DNA of 64,000 nt from a virus. A program made the position numbers and the translations under genes. The notes beneath the pieces were generated by a model that was given only the letters and a program-made list of their open reading frames with translations, had not been told where the DNA came from and ran no database searches. Positions 35,856-46,392 of the stretch are shown here, one piece after another; the first letter of the stretch is position 1, and every line of letters starts with the position of its first letter. Location: the IMG/VR virus record IMGVR_UViG_3300017991_000105, positions 3,901 through 67,900 of that record. The stretch is one strand, 5' to 3'.

Positions 35856-36863
35856 CTATGCGTCAATGGACAGTCTGACGGAGAACTTCTGGTCTGTGAT
35901 GGGCCTGGACGAAGGGTTGACCCAGCGTTCTACCCACAGGCCGTATTTGTTTCCGTCCACGTCTGGCGTGGCTGGGGCCAGGTTCCCAAGAGTCAAGGCC
36001 GCTCCTTGGGTAGCGTAGCTGAAGGCCACACCAACAGGAGCCTGATCTTCCGCTGTTATCTCTGTGATGGCGTTCCCCACCACTGGGTCCTTCCCCAGAC
36101 TAATGGCGGCCCTGTAGCTGATCACGTCATCCACGGAACCCGCCGCCGGTGTGGTTCCTCTGGCTCCGCGCCCCACGGCCGGGATAACCAGCTTTTCATT
36201 GTCTTGGGTCTTGGAAGCGTAGTAGTACCACTCCCCCGTTGTTTCGTTCTCCAGGAACCCGTTCAGGGGGTATTCCGTCACGTCTCCGGTGTCCAGGTAG
36301 AACGCGCCTGAAGAGTCATGGCCCGCCAGAAGCGCCTGGGCAGGAACGTCTGATGTGTCAATGTAGGCCCTGACGTTGGTCATGATGTCCAGACCTATGT
36401 TCTTGACCACGAACCCCCTGTATTCCACATCCCCCACTTCACTTTCATCCGCGTCCACGTTGTCAAACAGGACGTTTGAAAGATAGCCCAAGGTGATGTC
36501 CTGGTCCACGTCTCCAGCCGGGAGCCCCGCCGCTGTCACATCTAACACGATATACTTGGAGTCCGTTTCCCCGTCATAAACCGTGTAGACCCCGTCTCCT
36601 GTGATGGGAACTTCCAGACCAAACTGGCCGCCAGGGGCCTTCCACTGAAGGGACGCCGTGGCCACGATGAACCGAAGGGTCCCCTGTGGATAGCTGGCTA
36701 CATCATAGGCGTTAATGGCCGCCACGTCTGTGATGGTCACGCCGCCGATGGTGGAAGCGGTCCAGGAAATCATGTCACTGTTGGCTATCTGGGTGACCAG
36801 GACAGCTCCGCCCAGTCCGCCGTTATCCGTCCGAAAGAAAGCTAGGTCCGCCGGGTTCGCCAT
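35856..36863 (-). CDS. Tail protein (paralog of 32530-33507)
   Basis: SLQWKAPG...LFDNV...EYRGFVVKNIG. Confidence 0.65.
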   Translation of the reverse strand: MANPADLAFFRTDNGGLGGAVLVTQIANSDMISWTASTIGGVTITDVAAINAYDVASYPQGTLRFIVATASLQWKAPGGQFGLEVPITGDGVYTVYDGETDSKYIVLDVTAAGLPAGDVDQDITLGYLSNVLFDNVDADESEVGDVEYRGFVVKNIGLDIMTNVRAYIDTSDVPAQALLAGHDSSGAFYLDTGDVTEYPLNGFLENETTGEWYYYASKTQDNEKLVIPAVGRGARGTTPAAGSVDDVISYRAAISLGKDPVVGNAITEITAEDQAPVGVAFSYATQGAALTLGNLAPATPDVDGNKYGLWVERWVNPSSRPITDQKFSVRLSIDA

Positions 36864-36872
36864 GGGGTCCTC

Positions 36873-39407
36873 CTATACCGTGAAGGCTTCGCCTCCTGTT
36901 TCCAAACAGTTCTCTTCTATCTGTGTTCTGTAGGCGTCTCCCGCCCAGTATCTATACAAGCAAAAATGTTTCAATCCTACTTCTTTGGCCGTTCTGACCC
37001 TGTCTTGGGTTCCGTGTGTGTAGAAGGAGTTATAGTAGCCGTCATTGGGAACGTCAATCCCCCAATGACCTGATCCGGACTCTGACGTGTCACTGACCCA
37101 CGCCACAGGGGTCACTCCTATAGAATAACATTCTCCCCCGTAGATGTTGTAGGGGATCTCCACGGTCACTTCATCGTTCCACGTCAGCCCCCGGACAGCC
37201 AAGGCGTCATGGAGATCATGGTAGGGTGTGGCCCAATACCAGAAGTATGGATAGATGTTGTCAGGGTCCCCTGGTTTCTGGTAGCCCCAGAAATTCCTAA
37301 GCTTCTCCTGGATGATCCCTGATGACCAGGTGGTTCTGGCGTGGGTGAAGGATTTGTTGAATTCTTCGCTCCATGGTTCGTGCATCCACAGCGCTATGTA
37401 GACATCTTCCTTCCCCGCCAGTAGCGTGTTCAGTTTCGATATGACAGAGTCCACCATGGTGGACGCCAGGTTGATGTTTTCAGGAAAGTCCCGTAGGGTT
37501 GGGTCCAGGAACCGAAGGGCTTTATAGTCAGCGGAAACATACATTCTGATGTGGCCGTCACTGACGTTCAGGGGGTACAGTTCATCAAAGGAGATGTCCT
37601 GGGGGCCAAAGATGTGGCGTCCTATCTTTCCTGTTCCGCCCACCCATGGCGCTATTCCTTCCTGATAGTAGAGCCTGGACCCCATCTCTTCCAGGGACTC
37701 CGCCCAGGTGACCTCCACTTCAGGGTCCTCTTCAGGTTCCTCTGGTGGGATGGGGATGGACCGGCTGGGGAAGGGGACTTCATCCGCCTGGGACGTGACG
37801 TTCCAGAACCTCCCTTCCGAATACTTCCAGTCAAGATATTCATGAAGGGATCTGATCACCGTGGCCTTCTTCGTCAGACCGTAGTCCTGGCCAGCCATGG
37901 TCAGACAGCCCCTGTCAATCATGTCCACGATACATTCCCGGGCTTCCCTGAAGTAGTCCGTGAAATTACAGGCCACGCCCTTGGTGTGTGCTACGCCAGA
38001 GAAGCCCGCGCCATACGGGCCGTCAAACATGAATTCAGACTTCTCCCCCGTGTAGAACTCCACCTTCCTGGCCGCCCAGTGTCCCACTTCTGTGGGGCCA
38101 TGACGCGGCCTGACACGAACCTGGGACGATCCTTCAGGACCGAAGACCAGATACTTGGTCAATGGTGGAAGCGTTATGGTGGACGCCATGTCAGGGTCTA
38201 TCCCGTAGTCATAGGTCCCCACGTCCCCGTTCATGGGGTAGGCCACATCCCGGTAGCTGTAGATAGGGTGAAGCTCCGGATCATTCTGGATGAAGGTGAA
38301 GTCAGGTAGGACTTCCGTTGACAGGGTCTCCGCCAGGAACCCGGCCGTCTGTGGCATATGGGGATCATCCCCTATAGATCCAGACTCTATTGGATAGTCA
38401 GGATCTTCCGTCAGCCTCCAGAACCAGCGCCGTTCACCCTTCAACTGTCTGAACCCGACGAAGAAAAGAGCCGCGCCGTTCTCCGGGGCCGCGTTGATGG
38501 TGATGGACATGGTCTTCCCAGCATACTGGCCGTCAATCGTGTAGACAGGGATTTCCTGGGGTTCGTCAGAGATGTCCACTTCTGTCAGATAGGCTGACCG
38601 TCCTTCTGTGGAGCCGTGGTAGCCGCCAAAGAAGTCCCCGTTCCCGTAGTATCTCCACTGGTCTTCCCCTCCGCTCCTGGACGGGTCCAGGTAGGGGATG
38701 AAGTATTGGCGCTGGTTCTCCGTGTAGACCGCCGTGTCAAAGCGTTCACTGACCCCGATGAAATGACGCGCCCGGCCTCCAGCGTTCATCCTGGTGTAGA
38801 ACACGATAGACTCCCAGATGGGAGACATGTTCCCCTTGATCCCGTGAACTTCTATTTCCGTGGGTATCCCTGGGACAGCGTCAAACCTCTTCACCTTGAA
38901 GTCATTGGGGAAGCCCACAGGCCGACAGATCCAGGGGGATTGATGGTGTTGAAAGTGTTGGTTTCCAAACCCGTAGGGCTTCCCGCCGACCCCAACCCAG
39001 TAGAACCTGGCCGTGGACACAGGGAACGGGACCGTCTCCATGACCGCCAGCGTGTAGTCATTGAACCCAAGGCTGAAGAACTGTCCTATAGGGAAGGTGA
39101 AGTGTTCTTTCTTACAGAAGGGAAGCCGCTGGGTCTTGGACAGGTAGACGTGGAAGTCCCAGTCATCCAGGCCGTTGAAGAACCGGATGTCATTGTGATA
39201 GTTGAAGATGGTGTTGAAGTGAGCGTCATACATTCCAACCGTAGCGTGGGGCCAGTAGGAGTCAGAAGAGCCGCCAAATTCAGGGTCCTGGTCCACTGTC
39301 ACCTGTATGGGGTCTTCAATGTAGAGCCCGCTCTGGGTTCTGTTCCGTCTGAACCTGACCGGTGGTGGAAGAAAAACGTAGCCCATTATGGTAGCCCCTC
39401 TTCCCAC
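36873..39407 (-). CDS. Large tail-associated protein
   Basis: 844-aa aromatic-rich ORF downstream of the tape measure; no motif recognised. Confidence 0.6.
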   Translation of the reverse strand: MGRGATIMGYVFLPPPVRFRRNRTQSGLYIEDPIQVTVDQDPEFGGSSDSYWPHATVGMYDAHFNTIFNYHNDIRFFNGLDDWDFHVYLSKTQRLPFCKKEHFTFPIGQFFSLGFNDYTLAVMETVPFPVSTARFYWVGVGGKPYGFGNQHFQHHQSPWICRPVGFPNDFKVKRFDAVPGIPTEIEVHGIKGNMSPIWESIVFYTRMNAGGRARHFIGVSERFDTAVYTENQRQYFIPYLDPSRSGGEDQWRYYGNGDFFGGYHGSTEGRSAYLTEVDISDEPQEIPVYTIDGQYAGKTMSITINAAPENGAALFFVGFRQLKGERRWFWRLTEDPDYPIESGSIGDDPHMPQTAGFLAETLSTEVLPDFTFIQNDPELHPIYSYRDVAYPMNGDVGTYDYGIDPDMASTITLPPLTKYLVFGPEGSSQVRVRPRHGPTEVGHWAARKVEFYTGEKSEFMFDGPYGAGFSGVAHTKGVACNFTDYFREARECIVDMIDRGCLTMAGQDYGLTKKATVIRSLHEYLDWKYSEGRFWNVTSQADEVPFPSRSIPIPPEEPEEDPEVEVTWAESLEEMGSRLYYQEGIAPWVGGTGKIGRHIFGPQDISFDELYPLNVSDGHIRMYVSADYKALRFLDPTLRDFPENINLASTMVDSVISKLNTLLAGKEDVYIALWMHEPWSEEFNKSFTHARTTWSSGIIQEKLRNFWGYQKPGDPDNIYPYFWYWATPYHDLHDALAVRGLTWNDEVTVEIPYNIYGGECYSIGVTPVAWVSDTSESGSGHWGIDVPNDGYYNSFYTHGTQDRVRTAKEVGLKHFCLYRYWAGDAYRTQIEENCLETGGEAFTV

Positions 39408-40210
39408 CCGTCTTCATCATCGTGATTTTCGTTGTAGGACAGGAACCTGGGAAGACCCATTCCACCAGCCGCTCCTATCATGATCAGGTGTTGGGAGTAA
39501 AGGTCCCCGCTGGAACTCCGGTGGAAGCCCGTCAGACCCAGGTTCACAGACCCGAAAGGATAGGACGCCGTTTCCAGCGTGAACCCGCCTGGTGTTGGAA
39601 ACAAGATCCGACCCGCCAAGGATCTGGGGTTGTCTTCGTCTTCGTCATCCACTTCATGGGAGTAGCCGTAGCAGATCCCGCCGACCTGGACCAACCATAG
39701 GTCATTTTCTAGTTTCGCCGTGACGATCCCCATGGACCCAAACGTGTAGCCTACCAGGTCTCCTAGTTCATTTTCATCAGACAAGAAGGCTTCTTCTCCG
39801 GGTAGGGTGTGTTGAAGACACCGACCTACCCCGCCCTGGTAGACCCCACGGACTATCACGCCAGCGTAGGCTGGGAGCGTGGTTTCATCCCCGTCATACT
39901 GACAAGGAAGGTATACAGGCGGAGCCCATCCGTGGTTATGTTTTCCGTATAGATGGGGGACGAAGGGAAGCATGACCTGACCTTCACGGGGGATGTGGGT
40001 GTCCCCTATCAGGTCCGTGGCCATCTCCACAAAGCCCTGGTCAGTGATGACAGGGGACTGGCCGCCTTCGTCCACCTGGACACCTGTGGTCCCGCCCTGG
40101 TTCGTGGTGGCGTGTTCCACAGCGTACAGGCCGCGCCCGTAGTTCAGGTTGGTCCGTCCCTTGGAGTCAGCTTTTCCGCTGAACATGGCTATGATCTTGT
40201 CCCTGATCAT
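39386..40210 (-). CDS. Putative minor tail protein
   Basis: 274-aa ORF in tail cluster. Confidence 0.55.
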   Translation of the reverse strand: MIRDKIIAMFSGKADSKGRTNLNYGRGLYAVEHATTNQGGTTGVQVDEGGQSPVITDQGFVEMATDLIGDTHIPREGQVMLPFVPHLYGKHNHGWAPPVYLPCQYDGDETTLPAYAGVIVRGVYQGGVGRCLQHTLPGEEAFLSDENELGDLVGYTFGSMGIVTAKLENDLWLVQVGGICYGYSHEVDDEDEDNPRSLAGRILFPTPGGFTLETASYPFGSVNLGLTGFHRSSSGDLYSQHLIMIGAAGGMGLPRFLSYNENHDDEDGWEEGLP

Positions 40211-40398
40211 TCAGTGTCCCCTTTCAACATGGGGACCCGTCCCCGCTCTTCACTGGCTATCACCTTGACCAATGGTCCGTCCCTCTGGATCACGATCTTC
40301 CCAGACATCTCTTCCTTGGAGATGACCACAGCGCTTCCCGTACAGATGAAGATCCCCCGCTGGCCGTGGGTGTTCAGAACTTCAAACCTGTCCTTCAT
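40207..40398 (-). CDS. Small hypothetical protein
   Basis: 63 aa, 4-nt overlaps on both sides. Confidence 0.55.
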   Translation of the reverse strand: MKDRFEVLNTHGQRGIFICTGSAVVISKEEMSGKIVIQRDGPLVKVIASEERGRVPMLKGDTE

Positions 40399-40592
40399 AA
40401 GATCACCATCTTATGGCCGCCCGCGATGGGGAGCGCCACACGATGGTTCCCCAGATGTCCCGCCTTTCCGGTGGGGCCGATCATGACCGCCATGTGGCCG
40501 CCGCCCGTCAGGCCGTAGGACCTTTTCCGCTGGACCGCCTGGGTCCGTCTTCGTAGTGTGATTTCTATGGGTTCAAACCCGTGTCTTCTCAT
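40395..40592 (-). CDS. Small hypothetical protein
   Basis: MRRHGFEPIEITL...; start revised to ATG just after the upstream stop. Confidence 0.5.
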   Translation of the reverse strand: MRRHGFEPIEITLRRRTQAVQRKRSYGLTGGGHMAVMIGPTGKAGHLGNHRVALPIAGGHKMVIL

Positions 40593-40596
40593 GTTG

Positions 40597-42702
40597 TCAC
40601 CCGTAGCCAATGACCACCAGCGTGGTGGTGGCGTTTCCTGATCCATCGTAGACGTGGGACCAGCCTTCCACCCTGGCCCTGTCACCGTAGCTGACAGGCG
40701 GGAAGTCCTTCATGGCGTCCTGGACTGATCCTGTGATCCTGGTTCCTATCGGAACCGTGACTATCCCCTTCAGGGTCACCGTGGTTCTGATCTGTTTGGA
40801 GGACTGGACCGTGTTGTCCCTGACGAAGTCCGCCAGCCTGTAGGCGTCATCCCAGTCTACCACCAAACCCATGGACACCGAAGCCATCCCCAGGTCACTG
40901 TCTCCGCCTGGGAGGTTTCTGTAGACTTTGATGGGCATTCCCCGCCGCTTGGACCAGGTGGTGGGGACCTCCGCCGCCGGGATCTGGGTGATGGAAGCGT
41001 TGGTCTTGTAAAGCGTGTAGTTCCAGGAAGCCTTCTGTCCCCTGGTGTTGGGTGGGGTCAGGGTCTTGGTGGGGTCCAGGACGGAACTGTAGGTGACCTG
41101 TTGCGCGTGTCTGTAGGACAGCTCCCTGTAGACCTTCTGGAATAGCCTGATCCTCCACAGGGGCTTGGAAGGAAGGGCCAGACTGTTGGTGACCTCCGTC
41201 CGCTCCAGGTCCTTCAGGGGGTAGTAGAACAGGGGGCCGTGTTTCCAGACGTACTTATTCCGCTGAAGGTTCCCGTCCTTGTCCCGTAGTAGCTGGTCCG
41301 TGAACACCAGCCCCCACTCCTGTGTGACTGACTCTTGAAGCCGTCCGCCATAGGTGTCATCTTCATAGATGTGTTCCGTCTTCTCCAGACTCCCCTTGTT
41401 TGTCCAGACTCCCGCGTAGTCCAGGGAATGTTCCGCGCTGGTGTTCTGGAGCCCGCCAGGAAGGCCAGCTATCCAGGAATATTCCACAGTTCTGGGGAAC
41501 CCGCTGGGGATGTAGAGCGTTTCGTCAGGGGCTGGGACGGACGCCTTGGGGAAGTAGAGATAGCGGAGCCGTTCTGTGTAGGTCCTGACCAAGATGGGCC
41601 TGTCAAAGACCACGCCTGTGTTCTTGTAGCTGTTGATCACGAATTCCACGGACTCCAGCTTGTGACGGTCAGGGCTGACGTTCAATGTGGGTCTGGTGGT
41701 GTAGACGTTGTATTGGAGATTTTCAACGTCCCCTATGGAATTCACGGACAGGGGCTCCCAGCGTTTGTAGACCTCCGTCCACTGGTAGGCCAGGTGGGAC
41801 ACGTCACCAAATGGGGTCTTCGCGTATAGCTGATAGACCAGGGTCAACTGGTCATTGTCTGACGTGACCGTCCATCTGTCATCCCATCCGCCTGGGCTGG
41901 TGATCTGCCAGTATTTCCCGTAGAAGTAGACCCGCCTGGCGCTGGACGCCCCGCCTTCCCATGGTCCGTCCCATTCGTTCTCCTGGAACTCCCCTTCTCC
42001 GCCTGTGAACTTCAGTTCCGCCGGGAAGGCCACATAGGACCGCTGACTGGACACCGTCTCCGCGTCCGTCAGGTTCAGGCTTCCGGAGTAGACGTTAGAA
42101 GAGCCTTGGGAAAACAGATAGACCGTGGACCCCTGAACTGTGACCTGGGGCTGGAGCGCCGTGACCCCGCTGAAGATGGACTGGAACAGGGGGACAGCCT
42201 CCTGGACCTGGTACTGTTGGACCCAGAAATTGGGGACCCCATACCACAGGTTCAGCCCCAAGACCTTGGAGAACATGTCAGACATGATGTCCTTCATGGT
42301 CCAGCCGCCCACACCGAAGTCATCCCCTTCCCGAAGGAACAGGATGGTGTTGTCATCCGTGTCTTCCTTCATGTCATCCCAGAAGACCCTGGGAGCCGAC
42401 ACAAACAGGTAGTTTTTCTTGGGGGCCTTCACCAGCATGTTGGACAGCCAGTCTCTGAAATTCACCGTTGTAGAAGGTTCCCCTTCTATCCCCTGGCTGT
42501 TCATGTTCACGTCCGCTATCCGACCTGACCGGCCGTCCAGCGTGGTCTGGTCCCCCGCGTCATAGCCGTCATAGATCCCTTCCAAGTCCAGCGTGATCCG
42601 TTCAGACAGGTCTCCCAGGGACCTGGCGAAGGTCACAGTCTTGACCCTTCCAGGGACCCCGGCCTTGGCTGAAACTGTCTTGGTGGTGTCTATGTATCTC
42701 AT
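40597..42702 (-). CDS. Tail hub / baseplate-like minor tail protein
   Basis: Follows the tape measure; C-terminal RVEGWSHVYDGSGNATTTL typical of hub proteins. Confidence 0.65.
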   Translation of the reverse strand: MRYIDTTKTVSAKAGVPGRVKTVTFARSLGDLSERITLDLEGIYDGYDAGDQTTLDGRSGRIADVNMNSQGIEGEPSTTVNFRDWLSNMLVKAPKKNYLFVSAPRVFWDDMKEDTDDNTILFLREGDDFGVGGWTMKDIMSDMFSKVLGLNLWYGVPNFWVQQYQVQEAVPLFQSIFSGVTALQPQVTVQGSTVYLFSQGSSNVYSGSLNLTDAETVSSQRSYVAFPAELKFTGGEGEFQENEWDGPWEGGASSARRVYFYGKYWQITSPGGWDDRWTVTSDNDQLTLVYQLYAKTPFGDVSHLAYQWTEVYKRWEPLSVNSIGDVENLQYNVYTTRPTLNVSPDRHKLESVEFVINSYKNTGVVFDRPILVRTYTERLRYLYFPKASVPAPDETLYIPSGFPRTVEYSWIAGLPGGLQNTSAEHSLDYAGVWTNKGSLEKTEHIYEDDTYGGRLQESVTQEWGLVFTDQLLRDKDGNLQRNKYVWKHGPLFYYPLKDLERTEVTNSLALPSKPLWRIRLFQKVYRELSYRHAQQVTYSSVLDPTKTLTPPNTRGQKASWNYTLYKTNASITQIPAAEVPTTWSKRRGMPIKVYRNLPGGDSDLGMASVSMGLVVDWDDAYRLADFVRDNTVQSSKQIRTTVTLKGIVTVPIGTRITGSVQDAMKDFPPVSYGDRARVEGWSHVYDGSGNATTTLVVIGYG

Positions 42703-45275
42703 CCTGTGATGGCTCCAAAGTCCTTCAGTCTGTTGGCCGCCGCCAGCCCGTCATCCTTGGACGGGGACACAGGGTTCCTTCCTTCTTCCATGGTCTTTTC
42801 CAGGATCTCCCTGGCCCGCTTGGCTTCTTCCGCCTGGACCCGCCCCAGCTCCACCAGCTCCGGGTTGGTCTGGTACAGGCTCCCGTATTGGTTGGCCGCG
42901 AAGCCTGGTCCAAGCGTGGGTGGTGGCGTGGTCAAGGGGATGGCTGGATTGTCCATCCGCCGGAGAACATCCAGGCCGCCCAGCTTGGTCATTCCTTCAG
43001 TGACCGTGTCAAAGAACAGACCCAAGGCTTCCAGCTTATCCTTCTGGAGCCCGAAGCGTTCCAGACTATCGTTCAGATCGTTGATCATTTCAGGCTTGAA
43101 ATTCTCGCCCATCTTGTCAGCGAAGGTTCCAATGGCTGTCAGGGCCTCCGTCAGTCCTGTGGACTTACTGGCTACATCCTGCTGGGCCTTGGCCATCTTC
43201 TCCGCTGTTTCCGCGACAGTGACCGCTGTGGCCTTCTTCATCTCTTCCAGGAGCGCCCCGTAGGCGCTGAAAAGCTGGTCCTTCAGACCTTCCATGGGTC
43301 CGCCATAGCCCAGCTCCGCCCGTTCACGCTGTAGCTCCGCCAGCCTCTTGGCCGCGTCCATCTGGATCATGGGGTCCTGGGTGAAGAACTCCGCCGCTTT
43401 GTTCCCCGTCAGCCTTTCGTAGACATCCGCGCCCACAGCCTGGGGACCTTCAGATATAGCCCGAAGCTTGGCCTCTTCTTTGGCCATGTCCGCCAGGATC
43501 TTCTCTATGTTCAGGTAGGCTTTCTTCTGGCCTTCCAAGTCATCAGACTGTTGGGCCAGGGACAGAAGCTCCGCCTGTCTGTTCAGACCCTTGGCGTTCT
43601 TCTCCGTGTCGGACATGAGCCCTTCCGCTTCCTTGAACCGGTCAATCATGTCTTCCAGGCCGTGGTTTATGGAGACCTGTTCTTCCATGATCCCGCGCCA
43701 TTCTTTCCTGATCTTTTCCAGCGTGTCCAAGGACTTGGACAGGGCCTCCTGGGCTCCTATGATCCCCTTTCGATAGTTGATGTATTCCTGGGTCTCCGCC
43801 GCCGTCATCCCCGCCCGTTCCTGGATGGAAGCCGCCAGCTCTTCAGAGATCCCCAACTGTTCCGCCATGGCGGACGTGGTCCCCTGGACCAGCTTCTTTA
43901 TAGCGCCCAGGCCGGACTCCGCCGGGTCAATGTCATTCGCCACACCTTTGATGATCCCCTGGAACTCCGCCGCCGCGTCAATGATTTCATTCCATACGGA
44001 CCCCGTCTCCTTCTCTTCTTCTGTCAGGTCAGTGAAGGACCCGGTGATGGCCGCCAGCTTCCTGTTCACCAATTCGATGATCCCAGAAATCCCTTTCATA
44101 CTATCCATCATCTTGTCAAAAACCCAGGAGAAGGCCCGCCCAATCAAGGCCGCCACTCTGACCGTGTCTCCGCCGCTGGTCTGGACAGACCTGAACACGT
44201 CAAGAGACCGCTTCTGAAGAACGTAGAACAGGTAGATCAGCCGCCCGATGGTGGAGATCAGCTTGAACGCCCATTTGTAGATTTCACGGAAGGGGGCTCC
44301 CATGTTCCACATGATCATGGCGAACTTGGTTCCCGCTGATATGATCTTCTTCAACATGGACCACAGAGCGCCAAGGACCCGCCCGCCCAAGGGGGCCAGG
44401 CTGGACAGACCCGCCACTATGATCTTGAAGGTGGACCCTATTTCCCTGGCCCACTTCTGGCCCGTGTCACCCTTGAAGAACTTTTCCAGAGCCTGGAGCG
44501 CTTCGTTCAGGACCCCTACCAGGGCTTCACTGACGCCGCTGGTGTAGATCAGGTCCTTGAACTGGGAGAACTGGTCCGCGATATTGGAGATCTTGACCTG
44601 GACCGTTTCGGACATGGCCTCCATGGTCCCGCCAAATTGAAGCTGAATGTATTTCCTGATGGTTTCCAGCGCCCGCGTGGGGTTGGACAGATCTGGGGTG
44701 ACGTTGGCCGCTTCCAAGGTGGACATGATCTGGTCCTTGGAGATACTGAAGCGCATCATGAGGGAACGCCAGTTCCCTTCCGCCGCCGCTTCTTTGATGG
44801 CCCATTGTGCGTCCTGGAGGGACCGGCCCATTCCAAAGGCCAGGTCCGCCATGTCCTCCATGACCACCTTCCCGTTCAACATGGCCGTGGGGTCAAGCCC
44901 TACCGCCTTGAAGGCCCCGAACACGTCCACCACGTCCTGGACCTGGAACGGGGTTCTGGCCGCGATAGCCACAGCTTCATTCATGGCTTCCGTGGCCAGG
45001 GTTATGTCCTTGTAGAGCGCTTTGAACTTGGCTCTGAAGCTATCGAAACTCTGACCGGTCTGTAGGATGGACCGCCCGATCTTCACGATGGCGAAGGCCA
45101 GACCTCCGAAGACACCCGTCAGCGCCAGCGCTATAGGGGACAGTTTACCCATGGTAGATCCGACCTGACCCAGTCCTTGGACTAGACCACCGGCCGCTTT
45201 CCCGATACCAGCCAGGGCTCCAAAAACCTTGGAGGCCCCACTGGTTAAAAAGCTAAGAACTACACTAGCCGCCAT
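42699..45275 (-). CDS. Tape measure protein
   Basis: AARTPFQVQDV, FGGTMEAMSETVQVKISNIADQF; long helical Ala/Gly-rich. Confidence 0.92.
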   Translation of the reverse strand: MAASVVLSFLTSGASKVFGALAGIGKAAGGLVQGLGQVGSTMGKLSPIALALTGVFGGLAFAIVKIGRSILQTGQSFDSFRAKFKALYKDITLATEAMNEAVAIAARTPFQVQDVVDVFGAFKAVGLDPTAMLNGKVVMEDMADLAFGMGRSLQDAQWAIKEAAAEGNWRSLMMRFSISKDQIMSTLEAANVTPDLSNPTRALETIRKYIQLQFGGTMEAMSETVQVKISNIADQFSQFKDLIYTSGVSEALVGVLNEALQALEKFFKGDTGQKWAREIGSTFKIIVAGLSSLAPLGGRVLGALWSMLKKIISAGTKFAMIMWNMGAPFREIYKWAFKLISTIGRLIYLFYVLQKRSLDVFRSVQTSGGDTVRVAALIGRAFSWVFDKMMDSMKGISGIIELVNRKLAAITGSFTDLTEEEKETGSVWNEIIDAAAEFQGIIKGVANDIDPAESGLGAIKKLVQGTTSAMAEQLGISEELAASIQERAGMTAAETQEYINYRKGIIGAQEALSKSLDTLEKIRKEWRGIMEEQVSINHGLEDMIDRFKEAEGLMSDTEKNAKGLNRQAELLSLAQQSDDLEGQKKAYLNIEKILADMAKEEAKLRAISEGPQAVGADVYERLTGNKAAEFFTQDPMIQMDAAKRLAELQRERAELGYGGPMEGLKDQLFSAYGALLEEMKKATAVTVAETAEKMAKAQQDVASKSTGLTEALTAIGTFADKMGENFKPEMINDLNDSLERFGLQKDKLEALGLFFDTVTEGMTKLGGLDVLRRMDNPAIPLTTPPPTLGPGFAANQYGSLYQTNPELVELGRVQAEEAKRAREILEKTMEEGRNPVSPSKDDGLAAANRLKDFGAITG

Positions 45276-45282
45276 TATTCAG

Positions 45283-46392
45283 TTACCCCTTTTTTGGTTT
45301 TCCCAAGACATCCGTGGCGTGAAGCCCGGACTTGGTGGCCGAAAACCCACAAGCCTGGTTGAAGTCATTCAATAGTTCCGATAGTCTCCCTTCGCTGAAC
45401 AGGTTCTGACCGTGCCACATGGGAACGGTATCAGCGCCCGCTGTCACTGGTGGCTCCTTCGTCTGGTAGCCCGCCTTCCGCTCCAGCTTCTGGCGGGTCC
45501 GGATCTCCGTGTCTGTGGGGAATAGCTTGAAAGCCGCCCAGTCCATCCTGACACATTGAAGTAGGATCTCCTTGGTGGGTTCACAGCCGTTCCTTTTCAG
45601 TCTCTGGTAGATGGCCCACAGTTCCGACCTGACCGCCGCCCGCTTGGCCAAGGGGTCTTCCCCTTCCAGGGCCGTCTTTCGTTCTGTGGTCCATAGTGTG
45701 TCCAGCTCCTTCTGTGTCAGGGGCTTCCCGATCTTGGCCGCTTCGTCCTTCAGTCTTTCGTGGGCCTGGATCATCCGGTCCACGTCTTGACTCTTCAGGA
45801 TGGAGAAGTCAACGTCATGTGGGAAGTCCCTGAACGGGTCTTCAATATACTTCCTGGCCATCTGTTCCTTGACCTTCCCCTTCCGTGAAGTGACAGGTTT
45901 GTCCGTGTCACCCGCGTCCGGGTCTCCGCCGTGGAGCCTGACCTGGAAGTCAATTTCATCCAGTCTACTTTCTACCATGGCCGCCGCGTAGACCTTGAAC
46001 TGTTTAGCGGTCAGCCCGTGGATACGTTCTCTGGCGTGGGGGTAGCCTGTGGCTCTTCCACACCTGTGTCCTTCACAGAGTCCTGGCCTGTGTCCTCTCC
46101 AGCATCGTTCACCGGTGAAGTCACATTCCCAGAACTTGGTTCCTTGGATGTATTCTCTGGTCCATCCGTAGTTCCTGGCGAAGGCTTCATAGACTCGCCA
46201 GCGCTGGAGGGAATTCTGAAACCGCGCTTCAAAGCTTCCTTCCGGATGGTCTCCAGGGCTTCCTGGCTGGATGTCTTGTGGTCCTCCAGATCCGCCAGGG
46301 TCTCCAGAGTGATGTCCAACATCTCCTGGGTGGGGTTGGGACCCTTCGCCAGGTTGATCCCGAACACCGCCAGGAAGCCCTCCAAATTTTTT
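45283..46392 (-). CDS. Tail assembly chaperone, -1 frameshift extension (GT-like)
   Basis: Frame of ORF 45283-45978 is open upstream to about 46400, includes YEAFARNYGWTREYI, and opens at slippery A-AAA-AAT-TTG. Confidence 0.7.
   Translation of the reverse strand, partial: KKFGGLPGGVRDQPGEGSQPHPGDVGHHSGDPGGSGGPQDIQPGSPGDHPEGSFEARFQNSLQRWRVYEAFARNYGWTREYIQGTKFWECDFTGERCWRGHRPGLCEGHRCGRATGYPHARERIHGLTAKQFKVYAAAMVESRLDEIDFQVRLHGGDPDAGDTDKPVTSRKGKVKEQMARKYIEDPFRDFPHDVDFSILKSQDVDRMIQAHERLKDEAAKIGKPLTQKELDTLWTTERKTALEGEDPLAKRAAVRSELWAIYQRLKRNGCEPTKEILLQCVRMDWAAFKLFPTDTEIRTRQKLERKAGYQTKEPPVTAGADTVPMWHGQNLFSEGRLSELLNDFNQACGFSATKSGLHATDVLGKPKKG

Noticed and set aside
34311-39407. Diversity-generating retroelement target in the receptor-binding genes
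   Set aside because: No reverse transcriptase and no template/variable repeat pair differing at adenines was noticed.
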